Below, one piece after another: positions 18,309-28,101 of a DNA stretch of 64,000 nt. This DNA is from a virus. Lineage: Duplodnaviria > Heunggongvirae > Uroviricota > Caudoviricetes. The stretch covers positions 15,337 to 79,336 of IMG/VR virus record IMGVR_UViG_3300028585_000002, one strand, 5' to 3'. The notes under the pieces were generated by a model that was given only the letters and a program-made list of their open reading frames with translations, ran no database searches and was not told the DNA's origin. Every line of letters starts with the position of its first letter. Within the stretch, counting starts at the first letter, position 1. A program made the position numbers and the translations under genes.

Positions 18309-20251
18309 TGGACATCACCAACCTCTCTATCCGCAACTTCCTGACCGTGGGCCAGGCGGAAATTCAGCTCGACCAGCGCGGCCTGATCCTCATCCAGGGC
18401 GAGAACACCGATGACACGTCGGCCGCATCCAACGGCGCCGGCAAGTCGTCCATCGTCGATGCGGTCTGCTGGGCGCTGTACGGCACCACGGCGCGCGAAG
18501 TGTCGGGCGACGACGTGGTCAACACGACGGCCAGAAAAGATTGCAGCGTCGAGGTACTGCTTGACGACGATGGCAAGCTCTACCGCGTCACCCGCTACCG
18601 CAAGGACAAGGTCCACAAGAACCAGCTGTTCGTGCATCAGCAAGACGGCAGCGCCTGGATCGACATTTCGAAGGGCACCGACAAGGAAACCCAGGAAGTG
18701 GTCCGCAAGGTCATGGGCTGCAGCCTGGAAGTGTTCGTCGGGGCGATCTACGCGGGCCAGGAGGCGATGCCGGACCTGCCGGGCATGACCGACAAGCACC
18801 TGAAATTGCTGATCGAGGAAGCAGCCGGGGTCGAGGAGCTGGCTGCAGCGTACACGGAAGCCTCCAAACGGGCGCTGGTGGCCAAGAAGGACTGGGACGC
18901 GGCCGGTGCCGCAGTCAAGTCGCTCAAGCAGCGCCTGGACACGATTAGCGGGGAACTGACCGCTGCGGAGAGCCAGCACCAGCTGTTCGAAGACGGTCGC
19001 AAGGATCGCGCTCGCGCCGAGCTGGCCAAGGTCAAGCCGATCAACGAAGCCATCGCCACGCGCCGCGCCCAGCTGGAGAAGTTCGACCAGGCGGCGCTGA
19101 CCGCGCGCCGCGACGAGCTGAATACCGCCCTCGCCGGCCGCAAGGCAGAAGAAGTCGAGCAGCGCCGCCTGCAGGGTGAAGCGACGGCGGCAGATCGCAA
19201 GATGCAGATCCATCGCACCACCGCCGAGGGCGCCAAGCGCCAGCTGGACACCCTGGAGCGCGACCTGGCCAACATCGACGCAAAGATCGGCTCGCCCTGC
19301 GGTGAGTGCGGCAAGGCGTACTGCGCACACGACATGGAAGCGGCCCGCGCTGCGCGCCAGGCGTCGATCACCGAGAAGAAGGTGGAGCTGGCCGGCGCGC
19401 TGCGTGCGTACAAGGAAGCCAAGACAGCGGCAGAGGGAGCGCTCGCTGTGGCCAACACCTTCACGGCCAACATGACCGACGTGTCGGCGGCGGCCGCCGA
19501 GCTGGCCACCGTGAACACCGGGCTGCAGTCCATCACCGCCCTGAACAACGCCATCGCCGGCCACGAGCGGGACATCGCACAGGTGAACGTGGACGCTCGC
19601 TTCAAGCTGACCGAGCCGAACCCCTGGCAGCGCGTGGTCGAGAGCAAGCGTGAAGATCGCCAGCGTGCCGAGAACCAGATCGGCCTGGCCGAAGATGAAG
19701 CCAAAAAGCTCGAGGACATCGCTGACCTGTACGACAACGCAGCAAAGGTCTTCGGCCCTGCGGGCGTCCGGGCGCACATTCTCGATACCGTCACGCCATT
19801 CTTGAACGCGCAGACCACCGAGTATCTGGGCGCACTGGCGGACGGGAACATTCATGCGACGTGGTCGACCCTGGCGAAGACGGCGAAGGGTGAGCTGCGC
19901 GAGAAGTTCAACATCGAGGTGGAGAACGACAAGGGCGGCAAGACCTTCAAGGCCCTGTCCGGGGGTGAGAAGCGCAAGGTTCGCATCGCGACGAATATGG
20001 CACTGCAGGACATGGTCGCGTCACGCGCCGAGAAGCCCATCAACCTGTGGATCGGCGACGAGATCGACCACGCGCTGGACGAACCGGGTCTCGAGCGCCT
20101 GATGACCGTGCTGGACCGCAAGGCGAAGGAACGCGGCACCGTGCTGGTGATCAGCCACAACGCCCTGACCGACTGGATCGACAACGTCATCACCGTCAAG
20201 AAGACGGCTGGCGTATCGGTCGTGTCTGGTGCCACCCATCGTGGCTTCTAA
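18308..20251 (+). CDS. sbcC: SbcC/Rad50-family ATPase (T4 gp46-like)
   Basis: N-terminal Walker A NGAGKSSIVDAVCWALYG; long coiled coil; C-terminal signature LSGGEKRKVRIA and Walker B LWIGDEIDHALD. Start ATG 18308 after AAGGGA. Confidence 0.8.
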   Translation: MDITNLSIRNFLTVGQAEIQLDQRGLILIQGENTDDTSAASNGAGKSSIVDAVCWALYGTTAREVSGDDVVNTTARKDCSVEVLLDDDGKLYRVTRYRKDKVHKNQLFVHQQDGSAWIDISKGTDKETQEVVRKVMGCSLEVFVGAIYAGQEAMPDLPGMTDKHLKLLIEEAAGVEELAAAYTEASKRALVAKKDWDAAGAAVKSLKQRLDTISGELTAAESQHQLFEDGRKDRARAELAKVKPINEAIATRRAQLEKFDQAALTARRDELNTALAGRKAEEVEQRRLQGEATAADRKMQIHRTTAEGAKRQLDTLERDLANIDAKIGSPCGECGKAYCAHDMEAARAARQASITEKKVELAGALRAYKEAKTAAEGALAVANTFTANMTDVSAAAAELATVNTGLQSITALNNAIAGHERDIAQVNVDARFKLTEPNPWQRVVESKREDRQRAENQIGLAEDEAKKLEDIADLYDNAAKVFGPAGVRAHILDTVTPFLNAQTTEYLGALADGNIHATWSTLAKTAKGELREKFNIEVENDKGGKTFKALSGGEKRKVRIATNMALQDMVASRAEKPINLWIGDEIDHALDEPGLERLMTVLDRKAKERGTVLVISHNALTDWIDNVITVKKTAGVSVVSGATHRGF

Positions 20252-20909
20252 GCGCGACGATTTTCTTGATGCTGTGGGATACCTGCTGGCGACGCCAGGC
20301 TCCCGCAGCAGCGACCCAATCTTCCAGGCTCGGCCCGCCAAGGGCGCGGGGCCTGGCGGTGTATGGGACGGCGTCTACGGTGCGCTGGCGCTCGACCGCG
20401 AGGCTCGGCAAACCATGACACCGGAGGAATTTAACCGGCTTTACAACGTGGAGTTCAACATGAGCAAAGAAGCACAATCAGGAGTATCACAGGCGCTCGA
20501 TGCGCTTGCCACCCGCATGACCGACTACTTCGCCGAGCAAAGCGAATCGGACGTGTCAACGACGCTGCTCTCGCCTGGTCAGCTGACGGTCGAAGTACCG
20601 GGCAAGGGCTACCGCAAGCAGAACCACATCGGCGGCGAGGAGTTTGTCGCATCGACCGTGCGCCAGGGCGCCGGCGGCAAGCTGATCTTCGTGTTCAAGC
20701 CGACAGCTGCATCCCAGTACACGAAGATGGAAATGAACGAGATCGACGCGGCCGCCAACATGGACGGCTTCCGCGCGACGATGAACCTGGCCGCCGGCGG
20801 CGACTTCTTCGCCGAGATCCGCTCGATCCGCTCGTTGGCCACGAAGGAGAAGGAAGCGAAGGAGGTCGTCGAGAAGGCGGCCGTATATGCCGATTTTGGC
20901 TCTTGGTAA
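20229..20909 (+). CDS. hypothetical protein (start uncertain; internal ATG at 20461 has a better RBS)
   Basis: ORF-track ORF overlapping the sbcC end. Confidence 0.4.
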   Translation: MPPIVASKRDDFLDAVGYLLATPGSRSSDPIFQARPAKGAGPGGVWDGVYGALALDREARQTMTPEEFNRLYNVEFNMSKEAQSGVSQALDALATRMTDYFAEQSESDVSTTLLSPGQLTVEVPGKGYRKQNHIGGEEFVASTVRQGAGGKLIFVFKPTAASQYTKMEMNEIDAAANMDGFRATMNLAAGGDFFAEIRSIRSLATKEKEAKEVVEKAAVYADFGSW

Positions 20910-20924
20910 AACGAAAGGTAGAAA

Positions 20925-21554
20925 ATGAGCAACATTATGAAGATCGTAGGCATGGACCCATCCATGTCCAATTTTGGCCTGGTGCGCGCGGCCCTGGACA
21001 TCGACACCATGAAATTCACGGTGCAGAGCATGGAAGTGGTGCGCACCGAGCCTGAGAAGGACAAGAAGGCGCGCAAGCAGGTGCGCAAGAACAGCGAAGA
21101 CCTGGACCGGGCGCGCCTTCTGTACTGCGGGGCGATCGGCGCCATCGAGGGCGCGTCGATGGCCTTCGTCGAGGTGCCGGTGGGCAGCCAGTCGGCGCGC
21201 GCGATGGCATCCTACGGGGTCTGCCTGGGCGTGATCGCCGCAGTCGCGGAAACCCTGCCGATCATCCAGGTCACGCCCAACGACGTGAAGCTGGCCGGCT
21301 GCGGCATCAAGACCGCGACCAAGGGCGAAATGATCGACGCCATGGTGGAGAAGTATCCTGACGCGCCATGGCCCCGCTACCAGCAGAACGGAAAGGGCTT
21401 CAAGAAAGGCGACATCCATGCCGGCGAAGCCGAGCACCTGGCTGACGCACTGGCAGCGATCGAGGCGGGTCTGGTCTCGGACGAGTTCAGGCAAACGATG
21501 GCAGTATTGAAATCTTCGCCGCTGTTCAAGAGCCTCATGAAAGCAACTGCCTAA
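20925..21554 (+). CDS. RuvC-like Holliday junction resolvase
   Basis: IVGMDPSMSNFGLV (catalytic Asp), AFVEVPVGSQSARAM...GVIAAV (Glu), EAEHLADALAAIEAG, paralleling E. coli RuvC motifs. Confidence 0.65.
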   Translation: MSNIMKIVGMDPSMSNFGLVRAALDIDTMKFTVQSMEVVRTEPEKDKKARKQVRKNSEDLDRARLLYCGAIGAIEGASMAFVEVPVGSQSARAMASYGVCLGVIAAVAETLPIIQVTPNDVKLAGCGIKTATKGEMIDAMVEKYPDAPWPRYQQNGKGFKKGDIHAGEAEHLADALAAIEAGLVSDEFRQTMAVLKSSPLFKSLMKATA

Positions 21555-21567
21555 TTGCGTCCACATA

Positions 21568-21605
21568 GATAAGTCACGACTGAACTATAATGTGTCGTGA
21601 CTTAT
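21568..21605 (+). promoter_or_regulatory. Extended cassette ATAAGTCACGAC-tgaacTATAATgt-GTCGTGACTTAT: 12-bp perfect inverted repeat arms flanking TATAAT
   Basis: Read directly from the sequence. Confidence 0.55.
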
Positions 21606-21622
21606 CGAAGCAGGAGCAATCA

Positions 21623-21976
21623 GTGGCCAAATTACTCAGCAACATCTTCAAGCCGGGCTGGTCTACGAGCAAGCCTGGCGACATGAAGAACCCCTCCCAC
21701 ATGGGCATGGATCACATCAGCAATCGCATGCCGCACCTGGCCAAGCGGTCCATGACGACTTCGGTAAAGCCGACTGGTGTTTTCACTGCCGGCCTGGAGA
21801 AGATGAATGCCGACGAGAGTCGTCGACGCAACCAGGAGAAGCTGCACAGGGACTTCGCGGAAATGCTCGCATCGACCCATGTCCGCCAGCTCGCGGCGGC
21901 AGAGGCCCAGCTCGCAGAAGAAGCCGCACAGCGCAACAATCCCGACCGCCCGCAGACCGCAATGGACGCGTGGTAG
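21623..21976 (+). CDS. hypothetical protein (GTG start after AGGAG)
   Basis: In frame with ORF 21590; RBS AGGAGcaatcaGTG. Confidence 0.4.
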   Translation: MAKLLSNIFKPGWSTSKPGDMKNPSHMGMDHISNRMPHLAKRSMTTSVKPTGVFTAGLEKMNADESRRRNQEKLHRDFAEMLASTHVRQLAAAEAQLAEEAAQRNNPDRPQTAMDAW

Positions 21977-21994
21977 TTTTTTCGTCCCATATAG

Positions 21995-22020
21995 TAAGTC
22001 ATCCGTGATTTAACTATAAT
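21995..22020 (+). promoter_or_regulatory. Recurrent cassette TAAGTCATccgTGATTTAACTATAAT upstream of nrdA
   Basis: Read directly from the sequence. Confidence 0.55.
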
Positions 22021-22055
22021 CCCAACCCCAACCAAGCAACGAAGGAAGAAACAGA

Positions 22056-24341
22056 ATGCAAGTCACTAAGCGCAACGGTTCGCGTGAGCCGCTGGACATC
22101 GCCAAGATCCATAAGCAAGTCGAATACGCATGCCGCGGCCTGAACGTTTCGCAGTCGGAACTGGAGCTGGGCGCCAACCTGCAGTTCTTCGACGGCATCA
22201 AGACCAGCCAGATCCACAACGCCATGATCGGCAGCGCCGCCGGCATGATCTCGCTCGAGTGCCAGGACGCGACGTTCGCCGCCGCCCGCCTGGTGCTGCT
22301 GTCGGTCTACAAGGAAGCCTGGAACGACATCAAGTACCCGCACTTGGCCACCTACATCGAGGCCGGCATCGGCTCCGAAAAGCTGCACCCGTCGCTGGCG
22401 CGCCTGTTCGTGCTGGAAGACCTGAACGACGCCATCCGCCCTGAGCGCGACGAGCAGTTCAACTTCATCGGCATCCAGACCCTGGCCGACCGCTACCTGA
22501 TCCGCAACAAGGCTCGCCGCCTGATCGAGCTGCCGCAGCACTTCTTTATGCGTGTGGCAATGGGCCTGGCCCTGCGTGAAGCCGAGCCGACCGCGCGCGC
22601 CATCGAGTTCTACAACGTGCTCTCCACCTTCGACTTCATGTCGTCGACGCCGACCCTGTTCAACGCCGGCACCAACCACAGCCAGCTGGCCAGCTGCTTC
22701 CTCAACACCGTCAAGGACCAGATTTCGGCCGGCCCGAACGACCCGCAGTTCGCCTCGATCTACGGCACCATCGAAGAATGCGCGAACCTGTCGAAATACG
22801 CCGGCGGCATCGGCACCGACTGGACCCCTGTGCGCGCTGAAGGCGACTGGATCCGCGGCACTGACGGCATCAGCTCGGGCATCGTCCCTTACCTGAAAGT
22901 CTACAACGACACCGCCGTCGCCGTGAACCAAGGCGGCAAGCGCCAAGGCAGCTTCGCACCGTACCTGGAGCTGTGGCACCCGGACGCCTACGACTTCATG
23001 GACCTGAAGAAGGAATCGGGCGACGAGCGCCGCCGCGCGCACGACATCTACCCTGCCTGGTGGGCGTCGGACCTGTTCTTCAAGCGCGTCGAGCAGCGCG
23101 GCACCTGGTCCTTCTTCTCGCCGAAGGATCACCCGGAGCTGCATGAGCTGTTCGGCGACGCCTTCGAAGCGCGCTACGTCGAGCTGGAAGCCGAAGGCAA
23201 GTTCGTTCGCACCGTGCCGGCCATCGACATGTGGAAGCGCATGCTGGCATCCCTGTTTGAAACTGGCCACCCCTGGATCACGTTCAAGGACGAGATCAAC
23301 CGTCGCAACCCGCAGCAGCACGTCGGCGTGGTTCATTCGTCGAACCTCTGCACTGAGATCACGCTGAACACGTCGGACGACGAAACCGCCGTCTGCAACA
23401 TCGGTTCGATCAACGTGGCAAACCACGTCAAGGACGGCAAGCTCGACGCCCAGAAGCTGCGCGCCACCGCCCGCGTCGCCATGCGCATGCTGGACAACGT
23501 CATCGACATCAACTTCTACCCGTCGCACCGCGCCAAGAAGTCGAACCTGCGCCACCGCCCGGTCGGCCTGGGCATCATGGGCTACACCGAGTATCTGGTC
23601 CAGTTGGGCCAGGACTGGGAGAGCCAGGGCCACCTGGACGCTGCTGACGAGCTGATGGAGCACTTCTCGTTCTACGCCATCGAGGCGTCGTGCGACATGG
23701 CCCGCGAGCGTGGCGCCTACAGCAGCTTCCCTGGCTCGCTGTGGTCGCAAGGCATCCTGCCGATGGACACCGGCGCCAAGGATGTGCGCGCCGAGCTGGT
23801 GACGCCGCGCGAACTGCTGCCGTGGAACCAGCTGCGCCAGAAGGTCGTGACCTATGGCATGCGCAACAGCAACACGATGGCGATCGCCCCGACCGCAACG
23901 ATCAGCAACATTGTCGGCACCACCCCGACCATCGAGCCGATCTTCCAGCGCGAGTACACGAAGAAGAACCAGTCCGGCTCCTTCGTCGTGGTCGATCCGT
24001 GCCTGCGCTATGGCCGCCCTGAGCTGTGCAAGGAGTCGTTCGAAATTCACCCGTTCTGGATGATCGACGCCGGCGCCGTTCGCCAGTTCTGGCTCGACCA
24101 GGCCCAGTCGCTCAACATCTTCGTCCCGTTCGGCGTCAAGGGCAAAGACCTGAACGACATCTACATGCGCGCCTGGAAGCGCAAGCTGAAAACCACGTAC
24201 TACCTGCGCGGGCAGAGCGCGGCGGCCCAGCCGGAAAAGCCAGTCATCGCCGAAGCGACGGCGCCGGCCGTGATCGACGACGAGGACATGTCCAACAAGC
24301 TGTGCAGCCTGGACAACCCGGATTGCGAGTCCTGCCAGTAA
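22056..24341 (+). CDS. nrdA: ribonucleoside-diphosphate reductase class I alpha subunit
   Basis: ATP-cone N-terminus; full NrdA-length catalytic core; C-terminal CSLDNPDCESCQ redox cysteines. Confidence 0.9.
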   Translation: MQVTKRNGSREPLDIAKIHKQVEYACRGLNVSQSELELGANLQFFDGIKTSQIHNAMIGSAAGMISLECQDATFAAARLVLLSVYKEAWNDIKYPHLATYIEAGIGSEKLHPSLARLFVLEDLNDAIRPERDEQFNFIGIQTLADRYLIRNKARRLIELPQHFFMRVAMGLALREAEPTARAIEFYNVLSTFDFMSSTPTLFNAGTNHSQLASCFLNTVKDQISAGPNDPQFASIYGTIEECANLSKYAGGIGTDWTPVRAEGDWIRGTDGISSGIVPYLKVYNDTAVAVNQGGKRQGSFAPYLELWHPDAYDFMDLKKESGDERRRAHDIYPAWWASDLFFKRVEQRGTWSFFSPKDHPELHELFGDAFEARYVELEAEGKFVRTVPAIDMWKRMLASLFETGHPWITFKDEINRRNPQQHVGVVHSSNLCTEITLNTSDDETAVCNIGSINVANHVKDGKLDAQKLRATARVAMRMLDNVIDINFYPSHRAKKSNLRHRPVGLGIMGYTEYLVQLGQDWESQGHLDAADELMEHFSFYAIEASCDMARERGAYSSFPGSLWSQGILPMDTGAKDVRAELVTPRELLPWNQLRQKVVTYGMRNSNTMAIAPTATISNIVGTTPTIEPIFQREYTKKNQSGSFVVVDPCLRYGRPELCKESFEIHPFWMIDAGAVRQFWLDQAQSLNIFVPFGVKGKDLNDIYMRAWKRKLKTTYYLRGQSAAAQPEKPVIAEATAPAVIDDEDMSNKLCSLDNPDCESCQ

Positions 24342-24375
24342 TTGCGGAAAGCCGTAAAGCAGTAAATCTTTAAAT

Positions 24376-24401
24376 GGGAGCGGCACTTGCCGCTCCCTTT
24401 C
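24376..24401 (+). terminator. Hairpin GGGAGCGGCacttGCCGCTCCC + TTTC between nrdA and nrdB
   Basis: Perfect 9-bp stem. Confidence 0.5.
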
Positions 24402-24415
24402 AACTAGGAAGCCAA

Positions 24416-25426
24416 ATGAGCAACACCCTGATCGAGAAAGTCAACAACCGCCGCCTGATCGAAGGCCCAGAAGACCGCGTCATGTGCATTTCGCCACTCA
24501 AGCACCCTTGGGCCATGGACGCCTTCAAGCAGTTCCGCAAGAACGACTGGTATCCGGAATCCATCGCCATGGGCGACGACGTGAACTGCTACCGCAACAA
24601 GCTCGACGACGCCGAGCGCCGCATGTACGACAAGGGCCTGGCCTTCCTGTCGAACCTGGACGCGTTCCAGTTCGAAAACCTGACCACCAACATTAGCGTT
24701 CACGTCACCAGTCCGGAAGTGCAGATGGCGTTCTCGCGTCAGGCGTACGAAGAGGCCAACCACGTCACCGCCTATTCCCTGATGGCTGAAGCCGTCTCGG
24801 GCAACCCGCTGGACATCTACGGCATGTATGAGAGCGACCCGGTGCTGGCGGCCAAGAATCAGCTGGTGCTGGACCAGAACGACGATCTGCGTGGCGAATT
24901 CACTCCCGAGAAATTCGCCCTGGCGATCGTGTCCAACATTTGCCTGGAAGGCATCTACTTCTACAGCGGCTTCTTCGCCTTCTACCTGTTGGCCAAGGGC
25001 GGCAAGATGCTCAAGTCCGCGGACCAGATCAAGTACATCAACCGGGACGAGGAGGCGCACCTTGGCTTCTTCATCGACATGTACCACTGCCTGAAGCAGG
25101 AACGGCCTGAAATCTTCACCCCCGAGTTCTACGCCAAAGCGCAGAACATCATGCGCGCAGCGGTCGGACTGGAGACCGCGTGGGGCAAGCACATCATCAG
25201 CGGGGGCGTGCTGGGCGCGACCGACACTATCGTCGAGCAGCGCATCAAGTGGCTGGCGAACAAGCGGGCAGAACGCCTGGGCTGGGAACCACTCTACCCT
25301 GGCGTGACGAACCCGACGCCTTGGGTCGAGAAGATCAGCGCCATCAATGGCGTCGAGGTGAACTTCTTCGAAGGCAAGCCAACGGACTACCAGACCGGCG
25401 GCGCATTGACTTTCGAAGACTTTTGA
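24416..25426 (+). CDS. nrdB: ribonucleoside-diphosphate reductase class I beta subunit
   Basis: Diiron-tyrosyl ferritin-like motifs (EEANHVTAY, ...EGIYFYSGF...); start ATG 24416 after AGGAAG. Confidence 0.9.
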   Translation: MSNTLIEKVNNRRLIEGPEDRVMCISPLKHPWAMDAFKQFRKNDWYPESIAMGDDVNCYRNKLDDAERRMYDKGLAFLSNLDAFQFENLTTNISVHVTSPEVQMAFSRQAYEEANHVTAYSLMAEAVSGNPLDIYGMYESDPVLAAKNQLVLDQNDDLRGEFTPEKFALAIVSNICLEGIYFYSGFFAFYLLAKGGKMLKSADQIKYINRDEEAHLGFFIDMYHCLKQERPEIFTPEFYAKAQNIMRAAVGLETAWGKHIISGGVLGATDTIVEQRIKWLANKRAERLGWEPLYPGVTNPTPWVEKISAINGVEVNFFEGKPTDYQTGGALTFEDF

Positions 25427-25433
25427 GTCCGCA

Positions 25434-25489
25434 TAAGTAAGTCACGACTGAACTATAATGTAAGTGTGAGCGGGGCAACATGCCCCGCA
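25434..25489 (+). promoter_or_regulatory. Recurrent cassette TAAGTAAGTCACgacTGAACTATAATG followed by hairpin GCGGGGCAacaTGCCCCGC
   Basis: Read directly from the sequence. Confidence 0.55.
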
Positions 25490-25505
25490 GATGAAGGAGT
25501 AGGAA

Positions 25506-25802
25506 GTGGGAACCGTTGTCGAACTATTCAAAGCACGCCCTCAAGCAAAGCCTGCAGCCGCCCCGCGCGCGCCAGCGCCGGCCGAGCAGCGTGAGCAAGG
25601 CCCGACCATCCTGGCCAACGCGGGCATGCTCGCCGCCGCCGGCATGGAAGGGCTGAATCAGCTGGAGCAGGAGGGCACCGCGATGCAGGTTCTGTCGGCG
25701 CTTCTCTTCTACGCCCACCAGGGGCAGGACGGTGGCAAGCGCGCGCGCCGCGCAGTCATCGCGATGCAGGAGCTGTTGGGCGGATCGCCCGAAGCCGCTT
25801 AA
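25506..25802 (+). CDS. hypothetical protein (GTG start)
   Basis: ORF-track ORF after AGGAGtagGAAGTG. Confidence 0.35.
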   Translation: MGTVVELFKARPQAKPAAAPRAPAPAEQREQGPTILANAGMLAAAGMEGLNQLEQEGTAMQVLSALLFYAHQGQDGGKRARRAVIAMQELLGGSPEAA

Positions 25803-25855
25803 TCGCCGGTTTCGATTTCATAAAATCGTATCACCTCAAATACAGAAATACAGAA

Positions 25856-26767
25856 ATGAGCATTTCCGCAAAAATCATTGAAGACAGCATCGCCCCGAAC
25901 GGCAAGCGGCTGACCACGTTCATGTTGAGCTACCCGCGCTTCATCCACGCCGAAGCCAAGACGCACCGCGTCATCAGCTCGGGCGACAACATGGTCGAGC
26001 TGCTGGAAGAAGTCAGCCTGATGGACGACACGAACCTGTCGCGCAATGCCAGCTCGTCCCGCGCCATCCCTGTCAAGAAGATGATTGAGCGCACCCTGTC
26101 GGATCCGGCGTTCTTCGAACACATCGGCAAGAACCAGGCGGGCATGCAAGCGAAGGAAGAAGTCAGCGACGAGATCAAGGCCAAATTCAAAGCCGAGTGG
26201 CTCGAGTTGGCCGGCATCGTTGCTACCTATTCCGAGCGCTGGGCGATTGAATACGGCATCCACAAGCAGGTGGCCAACCGCGCGCTGGAACCGTGGCAAC
26301 ACATCAGCGTGGTCGTCACGGCAACCGAATGGGAAAACTTCTTCCAGCTGCGCAACCACACCGACGCCCAGCCGGAAATCCACGTTCTGGCCAAGCTGAT
26401 GCAGGCAGCGATGGATGCCTCTACCCCGGTCCTGCGTCTGCCGGAGCACAAGGACATCGCCCACGGCTGGCACCTGCCGTTTGTGAGCGACGCCGAGCGC
26501 GACGCTTTCAGCACCGACCCGCAATACCTGGCCCAGCTGTCGACGGCGCGCTGCGCACGCACCAGCTACCTGAACCACGACGGCACCAACCCGAACGTGG
26601 ACAAGGACTTGCAGCTGTTCCTCGATCTGGTCGGCGCCGAGCCGCTGCACGCCAGCCCAACCGAGCATCAGGGCCATCCGCTGCAGTCGTCGACCCAGCG
26701 CAGCAAGAACCTCGTTGGCTGGTCCCAGTTCCGCGAACGGGTCGAGTACGCAAGCCGCAACTTCTAA
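25856..26767 (+). CDS. flavin-dependent thymidylate synthase ThyX-like protein
   Basis: YPRFIHAEAKTHRVIS...SRNASSSRAIP parallels the ThyX segment P-I-F-V-A-R-Q-x-x-R-H-R...S-x-R-Y, with an insertion. Sits between nrdAB and mazG. Confidence 0.5.
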   Translation: MSISAKIIEDSIAPNGKRLTTFMLSYPRFIHAEAKTHRVISSGDNMVELLEEVSLMDDTNLSRNASSSRAIPVKKMIERTLSDPAFFEHIGKNQAGMQAKEEVSDEIKAKFKAEWLELAGIVATYSERWAIEYGIHKQVANRALEPWQHISVVVTATEWENFFQLRNHTDAQPEIHVLAKLMQAAMDASTPVLRLPEHKDIAHGWHLPFVSDAERDAFSTDPQYLAQLSTARCARTSYLNHDGTNPNVDKDLQLFLDLVGAEPLHASPTEHQGHPLQSSTQRSKNLVGWSQFRERVEYASRNF

Positions 26768-26795
26768 CACCCCAACAACCTGAAGGAGTACCACC

Positions 26796-27062
26796 ATGTT
26801 CACCAAGAAAACCACCGCAACTGTCCTCGCCGGCTTTAACCGCACCTTGGCCGACCTGCAGGCGGTCGAGCGCGAACACACCGCGGAAGCAGAGAACAAG
26901 CGCATCGAAGCCGAGCAGGCCCAGGCTGCCCACCAAGCGGCGCTGAGCGAGGCAGCTGCCGCGCGCACTGTTGCCGGTCGTATCGAAGCTCTGCTGGCCA
27001 CCAGCGGCCTGGCTGATGACGAAGACATTGGCGCACCAGAACCGCTGCGCGCTGTCGCCTGA
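26796..27062 (+). CDS. hypothetical coiled-coil protein
   Basis: ORF-track ORF; RBS GGAGtaccaccATG. Confidence 0.35.
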   Translation: MFTKKTTATVLAGFNRTLADLQAVEREHTAEAENKRIEAEQAQAAHQAALSEAAAARTVAGRIEALLATSGLADDEDIGAPEPLRAVA

Positions 27063-27139
27063 CAGCCGAACCCGTTGATTTAACCCATACCAGCGGCGCC
27101 AGTCGGCGCCGCGCCCCGTATCCAAAACAGGAGCAACAC

Positions 27140-27784
27140 ATGCAATCCCAAGAATACATCCCCCAGGCAATCCGCACCGAAGCGGTGCCGGCGCAACTGA
27201 ACGTGAACGAAGTGGCCTTCCACGCCGTGCTCGAGATCGCCATCGCGGCCGCCAAGCTGGCTGACCAGTTCAAGCGCCGTCTGTACTACCCGACCCTGGA
27301 AAAGGATGTGCGTCTGGACCGCGAGAAAATGCTCGAGAGCCTGGGCACCCTGCACGGTCTGTCGACGTTTCTGGGCGGCGCCCTGGAATCTGGCATGGAC
27401 TTCAACGACCGTATGTCGAGCGACGAACTGACCCGCATGACTGCGGGCCTGCCGCCGGAAGTGCGCGACTTCCACCTGGACAAGCTGAACGTGCGCCTGA
27501 ACCACACCGGTCTGGGCTGCTTCACCGAATCGGGCGAGCTGCTGGAAGCGATCAAGGCGCAGTACGAGACCGGCATCATCGACAAGGTCAACTTCGGCGA
27601 AGAAGTGGGCGACATCGAGTGGTATCAGGCGATCGGCTTCGACGAAACCGGCGTGAGCGAAGCGTCGTGCCGCGAGAAGAACATCGCCAAGCTGCGCAAG
27701 CGCTATCCTGAGAAGTTCACCAGCTTGGACGCACTGAACCGCGACCTGGCCGGCGAGCGCGCGATCCTCGAGAAGGGCGAATAA
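27140..27784 (+). CDS. MazG-like nucleoside triphosphate pyrophosphohydrolase
   Basis: EExGELLEAIK and EEVGDIEWY metal-binding motifs. Confidence 0.6.
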   Translation: MQSQEYIPQAIRTEAVPAQLNVNEVAFHAVLEIAIAAAKLADQFKRRLYYPTLEKDVRLDREKMLESLGTLHGLSTFLGGALESGMDFNDRMSSDELTRMTAGLPPEVRDFHLDKLNVRLNHTGLGCFTESGELLEAIKAQYETGIIDKVNFGEEVGDIEWYQAIGFDETGVSEASCREKNIAKLRKRYPEKFTSLDALNRDLAGERAILEKGE

Positions 27785-27786
27785 TC

Positions 27787-28101
27787 GTGGCCAGCAAAAA
27801 GACCAAGTTCCCGCGCAAGATGTTCCAGCTGACCCCCAGCATGAACGTGCGCGAAATCACCCTGACCGGGCCGGCGTTCAGCAAGGGCTGGAATGGCCAA
27901 CCTGGCGTTCAGCGCTATGGCTATGCCGTCGACGAAAAGGGCAAGCAGCATTACGTCGCCTGGCTGCACGACACCAAGGGTGACGCCGTGAAGGCAGGCG
28001 AAAAGACGATGGCGGAGCAGGAAGCGCGTCTTGTGAAGGCCCAGACGAACGTAGCCAAGCGCCGCGCGAACCTGGAGAAGGCGAAGGGGGCCGCTGCATG
28101 A
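27787..28101 (+). CDS. hypothetical protein (GTG start)
   Basis: ORF-track ORF. Confidence 0.35.
   Translation: MASKKTKFPRKMFQLTPSMNVREITLTGPAFSKGWNGQPGVQRYGYAVDEKGKQHYVAWLHDTKGDAVKAGEKTMAEQEARLVKAQTNVAKRRANLEKAKGAAA

Noticed and set aside
18251-19855. 534-aa and 367-aa minus-strand ORFs antisense to sbcC
   Set aside because: Antisense high-GC artefacts; the sense frame carries Walker A and B and signature motifs.
22014-24386. 790-aa minus-strand ORF antisense to nrdA, and other antisense ORFs over nrdB, thyX and mazG (24404-25192, 25799-27028, 27951-28721)
   Set aside because: Same artefact class; the sense-strand genes are highly conserved enzymes.
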